Shown here: positions 50,077 through 60,700 of the stretch, in pieces | How positions within the stretch are numbered: the stretch's first letter is position 1 | How the letters are laid out: every line of letters begins with the position of its first letter | Assembly: GCA_949927585.1 (NCBI GenBank) | Contig: CATLFA010000006.1 | Span: 3,121 to 67,120 of the forward strand | Source: an uncultured Clostridiaceae bacterium | GTDB lineage: Bacteria; Bacillota; Clostridia; TANB77; CAG-508 | Length of the DNA stretch: 64,000 bases | Direction: 5' to 3' | The notes under the pieces: model-generated | Seen by the model: the letters and a program-made list of their open reading frames with translations, nothing else | What the model was told of the DNA's origin: nothing | Databases searched by the model: none | Position numbers and translations under genes: made by a program

Positions 50077-51712
50077 ATGGCTAGAAAACCAGAGAATTAT
50101 TGGGAAAAACGTTCTACTGAATTAATGAAAAGATTGGAAAAAGGTACAGAAAATACAATAAATTCATTAATACAAGCATATGAACAATCAACTAAAAATA
50201 TTAATAAAGAAATAACTAATATATTTAAAAACTATGCTAAAGATAGTGGGTTAGACAAGAAAACGTTAACACAACTATTAAATAAAAAAGAAACAGAACA
50301 ATATTATAAGAATCTATTAGAAGTAATAAATAGAGATATAACAAGTGATGACATAAAGAAAAAAATGCTTACAAAATATAATGCTCTAGCTTACTCATAT
50401 AGAATTAGTCGTTATCAAGCATTACAAGATAACATTGATGTAGAATTAAAGAAATTAGCAAATATAGAACAAGACATAACTAAAATAAGATATATAGACA
50501 CAATAAAAGAGGGATACTATCATAATATATACGATATTCAAAAAGGTACAGGACTAGGATTTAGTTTTACACAAATAGATAACAGAACAATAAACCTAAT
50601 GCTTAATGAAAATTGGACTAATAATGCAAACTTTTCAAAGAGAATATGGAATAATATCGAAAAATTAGGTAATTATTTAAGAACGCAATTAACAGCTGAT
50701 ATAATGTCAGGTAAGTCAATAGCAAAAATAAGTAAAGAGTTATCTGAATATATGAATGTAGGTTTGTATAATGCTACTACACTAGTTAGAACAGAAGTAA
50801 ATCATTTTGCAAATGAAGCTGAGATGTTAGCTTATGAAGAATTAGACATTGAAAAATATAGATTTATAGCAACATTAGATCAAGTAACTTGTAAGCATTG
50901 TGCTGAACTAGATAATAAAGTATTTAATACAAAAGATAGAAAACCACGGTAAGAATTATCCGCCAATACATCCAAATGATAGATGTACAACAGTAGCTGA
51001 ATTTGATGATGATGTAATAAGTGGATTACAAAGGCGAGCAAAAGACGAAAATGGAAACTCTATATTAGTACCGCAAAATATGAATTATCAAGAATGGTAC
51101 TGTAAATATGTTGATAAAGAAGAAGGAATAATAGATAATTTATTTAATAGAAATCAGAAAGTACAATATAAAGATATTACTAAACAAAAGACTAATATTA
51201 TTAATCAAGCATTTAATAATGATATTATAAAAAATATCGCTTTAAATACAGATATAAGAACAATAAAAATAGGTGGAAACAAAGCATATCACAGAAATGG
51301 TAATATAGTCTTAAGAAATAATTATGATAATAGAACATTGATTCATGAAATAGGACACGCAGTTGATTATAATAATAAATGGCTATCTTCTAATAATTCT
51401 TTCATAAAAGCGATACAATTAGATAAGAATAATATTTTAAAACATCAAGATATGTACAAAAAATTAATAAAAAATAATACCGACAATAGAGAATTAAGTG
51501 ATATAGTAGGAGGTATGACAAATAATAAAATTGTAGGCAAATATAAACACCAAAGCAAATACTGGAAAAAAACAGGAAAACTAGAAAAAGAAATGTTTGC
51601 GCAGATATTTACAATGGCAGGGAATAATGATATAAAACAATTAGAATTATTTCAAAAGTATCTGCCAAATACTTTTAAGGAGTTCGATAATCTTATTAGG
51701 AGGCTATTATAA
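50077..51712 (+). CDS. MuF/SPP1-gp7-like head morphogenesis protein fused to a C-terminal HExxH domain; frame changes +1 at CGG 50947-50949
   Basis: ..CKHCAELDNKVFNTKDRKP then +1 GKNYPPIHPNDRC (MuF C-terminal signature); same frame runs uninterrupted into track ORF 51080..51712 (LIHEIGHAVD). Confidence 0.8.
50947..50949 (+). other. in-frame CGG at +1 frame junction (MuF)
   Basis: cca cgg taa; continuation ggt aag aat tat ccg cca. Confidence 0.75.
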
Positions 51713-51906
51713 TGTATTATGATGTTTTAGATAAAGAAGTAGAACAGAAATTAGATGAATATGCATCTATATTTCCAGAGGGTTTTCCACTAGCACAATT
51801 TGATGGAATAAAACAAGAACTAATAGAAGAAATAAATAAGTGTATTAAGACTAAGACAGAATATGATACAAGTTTTTGGGATGAACACCCAGAATGTGAT
51901 GATTAA
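51712..51906 (+). CDS. 64-aa acidic protein, candidate immunity partner of the MuF C-terminal domain
   Basis: TAATG overlap with the MuF stop; followed by a terminator. Confidence 0.5.
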   Translation: MYYDVLDKEVEQKLDEYASIFPEGFPLAQFDGIKQELIEEINKCIKTKTEYDTSFWDEHPECDD

Positions 51907-51934
51907 GCTGTTAATGTTTTATAATTATAAATTC

Positions 51935-51960
51935 AAGAGCTAGACGTAGCTCTTATTTTT
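51935..51960 (+). terminator. hairpin + T-run
   Basis: aagagcta..tagctctt stem, then atttttg. Confidence 0.65.
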
Positions 51961-52058
51961 GTGTCCTAGATACGACATTAAACTGTCTTATTTTTATGCT
52001 TGAAAAAGCAAATACATTATAGTTGCAGAAATAGCAACAGAAAAGGAGAAATACCAAA

Positions 52059-52679
52059 ATGGAGTTTTTAGAAGAAATTTTAGGAACAGACTTGTATAAT
52101 CAAGTCAAAGGAAAAGTAAGTTCTTATAACGAGAAAGTCGATAAGGACAAAAAAGTAAGTATTGTTAATGTAAATAATGGAGAGTTTGTTGCGAAACCAA
52201 AATATGACCAATTAGAAACAGATTTAAGCAATACTAAAACATCATTAGAAACAGCGAATAATACTATTAAAGACTTGAAAAAGTCTAATGGAGATAATGC
52301 AGATTTACAAAACAAGATAGCAAATTATGAAACTGAAAAAGCTAATCTTGAAAAAGCACATAAAGAGACAACTGAAAAGTTGATAAAAGAAAGTGCAATA
52401 AAAGATGCATTATACAATGAAAAAGCAAAACATCCAGAATTATTACTTGGAAAGTTCGATTTATCTAAAATATTGTTAGATGAAAAAGGCGAAAGAGTAG
52501 TATCTGGAATAGAAGAACAAATAAAATCTAATAAGGAAACTTACAAAGATTTATTTGGAGGGGTTGAACAGCAAAATCAACCATACCATTACACTCCAGC
52601 AAGTGGTAATCAAAATCAAAATACTGGAGCAACAGATTTTGTTGGAATAATTAAAGAAAATCAATCAAGAAAAATTTAA
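52059..52679 (+). CDS. scaffolding protein
   Basis: coiled-coil 206 aa directly upstream of the capsid gene. Confidence 0.7.
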   Translation: MEFLEEILGTDLYNQVKGKVSSYNEKVDKDKKVSIVNVNNGEFVAKPKYDQLETDLSNTKTSLETANNTIKDLKKSNGDNADLQNKIANYETEKANLEKAHKETTEKLIKESAIKDALYNEKAKHPELLLGKFDLSKILLDEKGERVVSGIEEQIKSNKETYKDLFGGVEQQNQPYHYTPASGNQNQNTGATDFVGIIKENQSRKI

Positions 52680-52730
52680 GGCGCTTAAGACGTCTTTTTA
52701 TTTTACCCAAAGAAGAAGGAGGAATGTAAA

Positions 52731-53621
52731 ATGGGTTATTTAAAAGATGAACTATCAGGATTTGTACCTGTTGAGCAAGCAACAGAAATTATGAAAGATG
52801 TGGCTAGAGGGTCAAGTATATTAAGACTTTCAAAAGTTTCACAAATGGAAAGTGATACTAAGAAAATACCAGTTATGACAGAGGGAGCAGGAGCATACTG
52901 GGTAGGAGAAGGAGAGAGAATAAAAACAACTAAAGCAGGCTGGATTTATCCAGAGCTAAAGGCTAAAAAGTTAGCTGTAATTATACCAGTAACAAAAGAA
53001 AAATTAAAAGATACAACAATAGACGTATTTAATGAATTAAAAGAAAGTATAGCAGAAGCATTTTATAAAGCAATAGATGCAGCATGTTTATTTGGAACAA
53101 ACACACCATTTGAAAAAAATGTAATGAATTGCATAGAAACAAGTGGAAATAAAATCGAAATTGGAACAAATACAACATTTGATTTAGATGTTTCTGATGC
53201 TATGGCAACAGTAGAAGAAGATGGATATGATGTAAATGGTTTTGTAGGAAGAGTAGGTATTAAAAATTCTTTAAGAAAATTAAGAGATGGGAATGGAAAC
53301 CAACTATTTGCTGATGGAGTAAATGGTAAAGAATTTTATTCACAACCTATCGAGTTTTCAAGAAATGGTGCTTGGGATAAAACAAAAGCAGAACTAATCG
53401 GAGCTGATTGGGATAAATCTCTAGTAGGTATTAGAGATAGCTTAGAATATGAAATCTTAAAAGAAGCTACTTTAGAAGGAACAACAGATGAAGATGGAAA
53501 ACCAATTTCATTAGCAGAACAAGATTTAATTGGTATTAAAGCTACAATGAGGTTAGCATATTTACCAATTAAAGATGAAGCTTTCTGTGCCGTAGTGCCA
53601 AAAGAAAGTGTAGGTGCTTAA
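52731..53621 (+). CDS. major capsid protein
   Basis: 296 aa, strong AAGGAGG RBS, position after the scaffold. Confidence 0.85.
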   Translation: MGYLKDELSGFVPVEQATEIMKDVARGSSILRLSKVSQMESDTKKIPVMTEGAGAYWVGEGERIKTTKAGWIYPELKAKKLAVIIPVTKEKLKDTTIDVFNELKESIAEAFYKAIDAACLFGTNTPFEKNVMNCIETSGNKIEIGTNTTFDLDVSDAMATVEEDGYDVNGFVGRVGIKNSLRKLRDGNGNQLFADGVNGKEFYSQPIEFSRNGAWDKTKAELIGADWDKSLVGIRDSLEYEILKEATLEGTTDEDGKPISLAEQDLIGIKATMRLAYLPIKDEAFCAVVPKESVGA

Positions 53622-53624
53622 TTT

Positions 53625-53762
53625 ATGAATAAGTATATTAAAGATAATAATATTATTAACGCTACTGAAAAAGCCTACAATGTGATTTATAAAGAGCAAG
53701 GATATATTCCTTATAAAGAAGAAAAGAAAAATACTAAAAAGAAAGAAGAAGCTGACAAATAG
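53625..53762 (+). CDS. 45-aa Lys-rich protein
   Basis: AGGTG RBS; below track cut-off. Confidence 0.4.
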   Translation: MNKYIKDNNIINATEKAYNVIYKEQGYIPYKEEKKNTKKKEEADK

Positions 53763-53786
53763 TTAGCTTCTTTTGAGGTATTAACT

Positions 53787-54158
53787 ATGTCAGATAATGT
53801 AAAAACAATAAAAGAGATATTAAATATACAAGACGATAAATTAGATAACTACTTAAAATTCTGTGAAACAAACATAACAGACAAAATATTAGACAGATGT
53901 CATATAGGAACTATTCCAGAACGACTAGATTCACTTATACAAGAGTTTTTAATTGAACAATATAATCTTAATGAGGAAGGTATTGGAAAGGGTAAAAAAC
54001 AAGTTTCTGGTGCGTCTGACAAGGGACAAACTGTTAGTTTTGAGACTGTAGGTGGAGCAAGTTCAATGTCAAAAAATGTAGATGAATTTCTTAATAGAAA
54101 TATGGCTACTTTAGTTAAATATAGAAAAATGAGGTGGCATAATGGAATTACCAGATGA
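53787..54158 (+). CDS. head-tail connector (gp6-like)
   Basis: position and size; GAGGT RBS. Confidence 0.6.
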   Translation: MSDNVKTIKEILNIQDDKLDNYLKFCETNITDKILDRCHIGTIPERLDSLIQEFLIEQYNLNEEGIGKGKKQVSGASDKGQTVSFETVGGASSMSKNVDEFLNRNMATLVKYRKMRWHNGITR

Positions 54159-54501
54159 ATTTAAAAAAGTAATAGCTGATACGTTTTATGATAAAGAACT
54201 AAAGATAATGACTACTGAAAAAGAGCAAGTAAGAGATGATGAAGGTTGCATTATTGAAACAAAAAAAGACATTGTAAAAGAAATTATAACGGGCAATTTT
54301 CAATATTCTACACTTGAAAAAGTACAACAAGAATATGGTAAGGAAATGGTTGCAGAATGTATTGTTACTTGTGAGGATATGCAAGCAACAGTAAATGACA
54401 TATTAGTGTATCTTGATAAAGAGTACGAAATAAAAGCAATTATTCCTTATGATAGTCATAAAACAATATTATTACACAAAGTAGGTGGTCTAGATGAGTA
54501 G
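54142..54501 (+). CDS. head closure/adaptor protein
   Basis: position; overlapping start. Confidence 0.55.
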   Translation: MELPDEFKKVIADTFYDKELKIMTTEKEQVRDDEGCIIETKKDIVKEIITGNFQYSTLEKVQQEYGKEMVAECIVTCEDMQATVNDILVYLDKEYEIKAIIPYDSHKTILLHKVGGLDE

Positions 54502-54931
54502 TGTAGAGGGTTTAGACGAACTACTTGCTACTTTATCTGGTTTAGGTGGAAACGTTAAAGAAAGTGCAAAAAAAGGATTAGAAAGAGGAGCAAAAAAGAT
54601 ACAGAAAAATGCTAAATATCTATCACCAGTCGATACAGGACATCTTCGCAATTCTATCAAAATAAAATCACAAATAACTCAAGAAGGCGTAGAAGCACAA
54701 GTTTATACAAACCTTGAATATGCTCCATACGTGGAATTTGGAACAGGCGTAAGAGGAGCATCAAGTCATATGGAGAGACCAGAAGGAGTACATTACAATG
54801 CTAGATGGATGGGGCAGAAACCCCAACCTTTCTTAACACCTGCATATTTGCATGCCAAAAACACAGGAGAGGTAGAACAAGAAGTAATTAAATCAATACA
54901 ACAAGATATTAGAAAGTTAGGTGGTAAATAA
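54494..54931 (+). CDS. HK97 gp10-family tail-component protein
   Basis: SPVDTGHLRNSI and EYAPYVEFGTG motifs. Confidence 0.8.
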   Translation: MSSVEGLDELLATLSGLGGNVKESAKKGLERGAKKIQKNAKYLSPVDTGHLRNSIKIKSQITQEGVEAQVYTNLEYAPYVEFGTGVRGASSHMERPEGVHYNARWMGQKPQPFLTPAYLHAKNTGEVEQEVIKSIQQDIRKLGGK

Positions 54932-55287
54932 TGATTAATCAAAAACCAATAGTATATAAAAAGTTATTAGAATTAGAAACAAAAGGAGAAGCAAAACAAG
55001 TATGTGAAGAAGGCAATCAAGATTGGTCAAAATTACCATGCGTAACCTATATGGAATTACAAAATGAGCCAGCACAAGATGCTGACGATGAAGAATATTC
55101 AAGTGCATTAGCAATAAAAGCTGATGCATGGGGAAAGTCATCTAGTGAAGTGTCTAAATTAGCAATGCAAGTAGTTGCAAAAATGAAAGAGTTAGGCTAC
55201 AAAAGAACACTTTACTTAGATGTACCAGATTTAAATAGCAAAATAGAACACAAAACGATGCGTTTTGAAAAAGAAGAAATATTATAA
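54931..55287 (+). CDS. tail completion/terminator-like protein
   Basis: position before the major tail gene; TAATG coupling. Confidence 0.5.
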   Translation: MINQKPIVYKKLLELETKGEAKQVCEEGNQDWSKLPCVTYMELQNEPAQDADDEEYSSALAIKADAWGKSSSEVSKLAMQVVAKMKELGYKRTLYLDVPDLNSKIEHKTMRFEKEEIL

Positions 55288-55301
55288 AGGAGGGCGTTAT
55301 T

Positions 55302-55871
55302 ATGCCAAGAAAATATTTAAAAGGCTTTAGTGGATTAACAATATTTCCAATAACAGAAAATACTTTAGAAAAATATATAATAGGAGAAGGAACAAAAATA
55401 CCATCTGCTCAAAAGTTATCAAAAGAAATAGATAGTTCAGAAGAAAATATTTATGCAGATGATGAAGTGTGGGATATTGACAAAACAGTAAACGGAGAGA
55501 AATTTACATTAACATTAAAAGAATTAGATAATAAATTAAGAGCAATGTTTGAAGGTGGAAATTATGACGAAACAACAAAAGAATATGACTTTACAACTAT
55601 TGATAATGCACCAGAATTTGCTTGTACATATCGTGGACTTTTAGCTGATGGAACTTATAGAATGTTTAGACAATATAGATGTAAAGTAACTAAAGTTAAA
55701 ATGGATTTAGAAACAAAAGGAAATGGAAATAATGGGGCAGTAGAAATTGAAGGAATGTTTATGCCAAGAGCATATGATAATAAACTATTTACAATTAAAG
55801 ACACAGAAGCAGGGAATGCCGATTTAACATGGCTAGATACTATCCCAACTGTACCAACAGCAGGAGAGTAG
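55302..55871 (+). CDS. major tail protein
   Basis: 189 aa, AGGAGG RBS, directly upstream of the chaperone pair. Confidence 0.75.
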   Translation: MPRKYLKGFSGLTIFPITENTLEKYIIGEGTKIPSAQKLSKEIDSSEENIYADDEVWDIDKTVNGEKFTLTLKELDNKLRAMFEGGNYDETTKEYDFTTIDNAPEFACTYRGLLADGTYRMFRQYRCKVTKVKMDLETKGNGNNGAVEIEGMFMPRAYDNKLFTIKDTEAGNADLTWLDTIPTVPTAGE

Positions 55872-55908
55872 AAATACTCTCCTTAAATTTATATTAGGAG
55901 GAAACAAA

Positions 55909-56358
55909 ATGACAACAAAAACTAGCGAAAGTATAAGCTTAAATAAAGCTAAAAAAATACATGGTGTAGAGATTAAAAGGATGCCTTGTGGCAAGTATTT
56001 TGAAGCTCTACAAACTTTAAAGGATTTGCCAGAAGACTTCATAAAAGAGTTATCTGACAATAAGCAAGAATTTAAATTATCAGAAATGTTTACAATAGAA
56101 AATATAATGAATTTAGTAACAAAACTACTAATTATATTACCAGACTTTACATTTAGATTTTTATCTGTGTTAATGGACGTAGATGAAGATTTATTAAGAA
56201 ATGAACTTACACCAAAACAAGTGCTAGATATAATACAAGAATTTTGGAAGATGAATGAATTAGAAAGTTTTTTCGTACAAATGAAGCCAATTTTAATGAA
56301 GATTACAACCCTAATTGGCTTCAAAGAACAATTGCCATCTGTGTTAAAATCGGAATAA
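55909..56358 (+). CDS. tail assembly chaperone (G-like)
   Basis: position between major tail and tape measure; contains a slippery heptamer. Confidence 0.75.
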   Translation: MTTKTSESISLNKAKKIHGVEIKRMPCGKYFEALQTLKDLPEDFIKELSDNKQEFKLSEMFTIENIMNLVTKLLIILPDFTFRFLSVLMDVDEDLLRNELTPKQVLDIIQEFWKMNELESFFVQMKPILMKITTLIGFKEQLPSVLKSE

Positions 56359-56480
56359 GTAAAAAAGAATTTTTGGAAGATTATTATATAGATGAAATAC
56401 CAATAATAATGCAAGAGTATGCAGAATTAAATAAAACAACTTCCTCAAACGAAGAGGAAGTTAGTGCTGATGATTTTTAA
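55909..56480 (+). CDS. GT-like -1 frameshift product of the tail chaperone
   Basis: -1 frame open from about 56256 to TAA 56478-56480, encoding ..GISKKEFLEDYYIDEIPIIMQEYAEL.. Confidence 0.6.
56268..56274 (+). other. -1 slippery heptamer T TTT TTC
   Basis: agt ttt ttc in 0 frame; X XXY YYZ pattern inside the overlap window. Confidence 0.6.
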
Positions 56481-56923
56481 GTATTATCATTTGCTGTAGA
56501 ACCTATACTTACAGCAATTATTTGGTCAACAAAGATATCTACAAAAGGCATTGTAATTTCTCCTCTTAGTCCAGTAGGAGTTATAGTTACATCTTCAAGA
56601 GTAATGGTTATTCCATTATCAAAAGGCTGATTTTGATCTGACTCAGAATAAGTCTTTTCTGCATAATCTAGATATGTAAGACGAATCAAAGAAGCATAAT
56701 CTTTTTTTTCTATGTATTCTTCAACCTTTTGCTTATTAGATAGATTTCCCATAATTTCGTCAGAATCAAATGCTTTTAGTTTTCCACGATACATTCCATT
56801 AGCAGTAAAGATAATTAACTCGTTAGTATCATCATCAAAGCTTTCATTAGAAAATTTTGAAAAACAAGCATAAGATTGTACCTTTAATAGTTTATTTGAA
56901 ATAACTACAGGAGTTTTTGACAT
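56477..56923 (-). CDS. reverse-oriented moron protein (unknown, acidic, soluble)
   Basis: GAGG RBS 8 nt before ATG 56923; convergent with the late operon. Confidence 0.65.
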   Translation of the reverse strand: MSKTPVVISNKLLKVQSYACFSKFSNESFDDDTNELIIFTANGMYRGKLKAFDSDEIMGNLSNKQKVEEYIEKKDYASLIRLTYLDYAEKTYSESDQNQPFDNGITITLEDVTITPTGLRGEITMPFVDIFVDQIIAVSIGSTANDNT

Positions 56924-57105
56924 ATTATTCACCTCACTTTCTATAACTTATGAATTTTTATCATATGTATAAATAAATTATAGCAAGTACAAATTGAAAA
57001 ATATGTCAAATATTGTCAATAAATACAAAAATTTTGTAATAATCGCAGTTTTCGACAGACTTTGACATTTGTTTTATGCTATCCTCCTATTAGGAGGGGA
57101 TAAAT

Positions 57106-57648
57106 ATGTGGTTTTTCATTTTGTTTTTTATTGCAATTATTTCATATTTAATATGGGGGATTAATTACAATGTGAAAGAAAGTCAAAAAAAGAAAGAAGA
57201 AAACAATAGTATTAATGAAAAAGGAAAAGAATACAATGCAGAGTATTCTGCTAAAATAAAACATATATGTGGATTACCATTATCAGAAAATTCAGAATGT
57301 ATAATACATCTATGTAATAACCAAATTATAATTGAAAGTATAGGAAGTATTTTTAAACTACAAAGAAGTAGAATATTAGATATGAATATAAAAACATCTA
57401 AAGAAGTTCAAAACTCTATAAGTAGAGCAGTTGGTGGAGCAATATTATTAGGACCAATAGGAGCATTTATAGGTGGAAGTTCTACAGAATTTCATAGATT
57501 TTTTATAATTATATATAAAAACAAAGAAAATAAGGAACAATATATAAGTTTTGATATGAAAGAAGATATAAATGCATTGAAAGGCATATATAATTATATA
57601 CAAGAATTTAAAAACAATATTACACAAAAAGGAGAAATAGAGTTATAA
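57106..57648 (+). CDS. membrane-anchored moron protein with Gly-zipper segment
   Basis: AGGAGG RBS; N-terminal TM FFILFFIAIISYLIW; GGAILLGPIGAFIGG. Confidence 0.65.
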   Translation: MWFFILFFIAIISYLIWGINYNVKESQKKKEENNSINEKGKEYNAEYSAKIKHICGLPLSENSECIIHLCNNQIIIESIGSIFKLQRSRILDMNIKTSKEVQNSISRAVGGAILLGPIGAFIGGSSTEFHRFFIIIYKNKENKEQYISFDMKEDINALKGIYNYIQEFKNNITQKGEIEL

Positions 57649-57654
57649 TAAATA

Positions 57655-57685
57655 AAAACGCTTGCTTTTGCAAGTGTTTTTATTA
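57655..57685 (+). terminator. hairpin + T-run just upstream of the tape measure gene
   Basis: aaacgcttgc tttt gcaagtgttttt. Confidence 0.65.
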
Positions 57686-57703
57686 TGCAAAGGAAGTGAA
57701 AAA

Positions 57704-60700
57704 ATGGCAAGTGAAACACAAATAGGGCAACTAGTGATTGATCTAAAAATAAAAACAGAAGCACTAGAAAAAGGATTGGAGACAGCTAAAAAAAAGTTAG
57801 AACAGATAGAAAGTGAAAATAAAAAAATAGAGAACAGCAATAAAAGTTTAAATGCAAGCTATTTAGCAATGTCTGCAACAGCAGTATTAGCAATAGGGAA
57901 AATAGTAGGCATTATAAAGGAAGCTACAGAAGAATATAAAACATATACTCAAGCTATGGACTCATTATCTAATGTAGCAGATTATACAAATCAAAACATG
58001 TCAGATATGGCTAGAATAATGGACAAGTATTCTTCAATTATGAACAAATCAGATATAGCAACTACGATAAAGAATTTTTCTTTAATGGGATTTACTATAG
58101 AACAAACTGACAAAATGATAGAAGCATTAACAAATAGCGCTATACGTAACAGAAATGCTAATTATACAGTATCAGAAGCAGTAAGAGTAGCGTCAGAAGG
58201 TTATAGACAAGGTTTATCTACATTATCAGATAGTGCAGGTGTTACAGAAAATCTAAGTGTAATGCTAGATAATTATGCAAAATCAATAGGAAAAACAGCA
58301 AGTCAATTAACAGAAGCAGAAAAAAATCAGGCATATCTAAACAGAACTATGTATGCCGCAGAGCCTTTTGCAGGTGCAATGGAAAACTATCTAGATAGTT
58401 TGGCAGGGAAACAAGGAGAATATAGTCAGGCAATAAGAGAAACACAAGTTGCTTATGCAGAAGCATTAGAGCCTATGATGACAAAAATGTTAGAAGGTGG
58501 AACAGGATTATTAAACATATTAAATTCATTAATATCAGCTAATCCAACTATTGCAAGTGGAATGACAACATTTGCTATAACACTAACTGCAGTTACAGTT
58601 GCAATAATAGCAGTAAAAAAAGCAAAAGATGCTTATACAGCTTCTACTTTTGCTGCAACTGTAGCGACAAAAGGTTTTACAGCAGCATTAATGGCGAATC
58701 CAATTTTTTTGATTGCTACTGGTATTGCAGCGGTTGTTACAGCTTATAGCGTATATTGTACAAAAGCACAAGAAACAGCAGATGCACAAGAAAAACTTAA
58801 TCAAGTAACTGAAAAATATAATCAGATAAAAGAAGGAACATATAATTATACTAATAATAGTACAAACGAATTAGAGCAAGAAAAACAAAACATAGAAAAA
58901 CAATTGGAATTAAAGCAAAAAATATATGAATTAGAAGAGAAAATTAAAAATAACTCTAGCAATCCATTAAAACCAAATTTTGAAGGCACAAAACAGCAAA
59001 TAGATGAATTAAAAAGATTAAAACAAGAATATGAAAATAATACAAAAGCAAATGGAAATTTTGGAAATAGTGTAGAAGAATTAAATAATAAGCTAAAGAT
59101 AAACAAAAAAGGAATTGAAGAATCAAATGCTTCACAAAAAATAAGAAAAGTTTTAGAAGTAGAAAGTACAAAAACGCAACAAAAAGAAGCAGCACAATTA
59201 AAAGTAAATGCACAAAATATGCAGGATTACCTAAACATTATCAAAAAAGGTGATAAATCTACTTCAGAATATCAAAATGCAGTAAAAGAGTTAACTAAAG
59301 CATACCCAGAAGCAGCAAATGCAGAAGGAATAGTTATAGATAAAGCACAAGATTATATAAATGCAGAACAGGCAAAAGCTGATCAAGCTTGGAATACTTC
59401 TCAAGAAACTATTAATGGAAATATAGCAGTAATTAATACATATATAGAAATGGCAAGAGCTGCTGAAAATGATACACAAAAACAGACAGAACTAGCAAAT
59501 AAAATAGGAATTTCATATCAAAATATAATTCCTACATTAACAAGTGTTTTAAATATATTACAAACAATGGGAGGTTATTCGCCAACACAAGTTCCAAACA
59601 TAACCCCAACATCGGTATCAAAAAAAAGCTATAGTGGCTCATCTAGCTACTCAAACAAACGCCTAGACAACTACAAAAAAGAAATAGCACATAAAAAAGC
59701 ATTAGACCAACTAAGTCTACAACAAGAAATAAGTATGTACGAAACAGCACTAAGAAGCTATGCTAAAACAACTGACGAAAAACGAGAACTAAGAGAAAAA
59801 ATATACGAACTTAACAAAGAGCTAGCAAATAAAGAAAAAGAAATGTTAGAACAACAAACAGAAGATTATGAAACATACATACAACAACAAAAGAACTTAC
59901 GAGGTTCTGCATATGACGTAACGCAACAAACAAATGATTATAACAAAATTATTCAAATGCATAGAAACTACTTAAATCAAATAATGAAAGATGAACGCTT
60001 ATCACTTGATGAAAGAAAGCAAATATACAGAGAAGAACTACAAACAATAAGAGATTATGAGCAACAAAAACGCGATTTAAGAGTAGAACAAATAGATAAT
60101 ACAGTATCACAATTAACAAATGCTATAACAAAGCAATTAGAAGAAATGCAAGAAAAAGACAAAGAATTTATAGATAAACAAATTGAAGAAGTAGAGAAAC
60201 TAAAAGAAATTAGAATAAATGCTATAAATGATGAATATGACGCAAAAATAGAAGCAATAGAGAAAGAACTACAAGCATTAGATAAAGCAGAACAACAAAA
60301 GTCAAGAGATGAAGAAGACGAAGAACACGAAAAGAAAAAGAAACGTTTAGAGGATCTTATTGCATTTGAACATGATGTGACAACAAAAGCTAACTATCAA
60401 AAAGAATTAGATAAGCTACTAGCGGAATATCAAAAGACATTAGATAATAGAGCTTTAGAAGATAAAAAAGAAGCATTAAATGAACAAAAAGACTTATTGC
60501 AAGAGGAGCAAGACAACAAAATACAAGCAGTAGAAGACGAAGTAGAAAAACAAAAAGAAGTATATGACAAACAATTAACAGACTTGGAACAATATTATGA
60601 TAAACAAATAGACATGGCACAACAAACAGCTGAAAGTATGCTATTAAATGTTGAACAAAACCAAAATCAAATTCTTAGCTTATTGAAAAGCTATGGCAAT

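Noticed and set aside
51080-51712. Track ORF 51080..51712 as an independent gene
   Set aside because: Its frame is open back to 50948 and is contiguous with the MuF NYPPIHPNDRC motif. There is no RBS before the listed Met. It is treated as the C-terminal domain of MuF.
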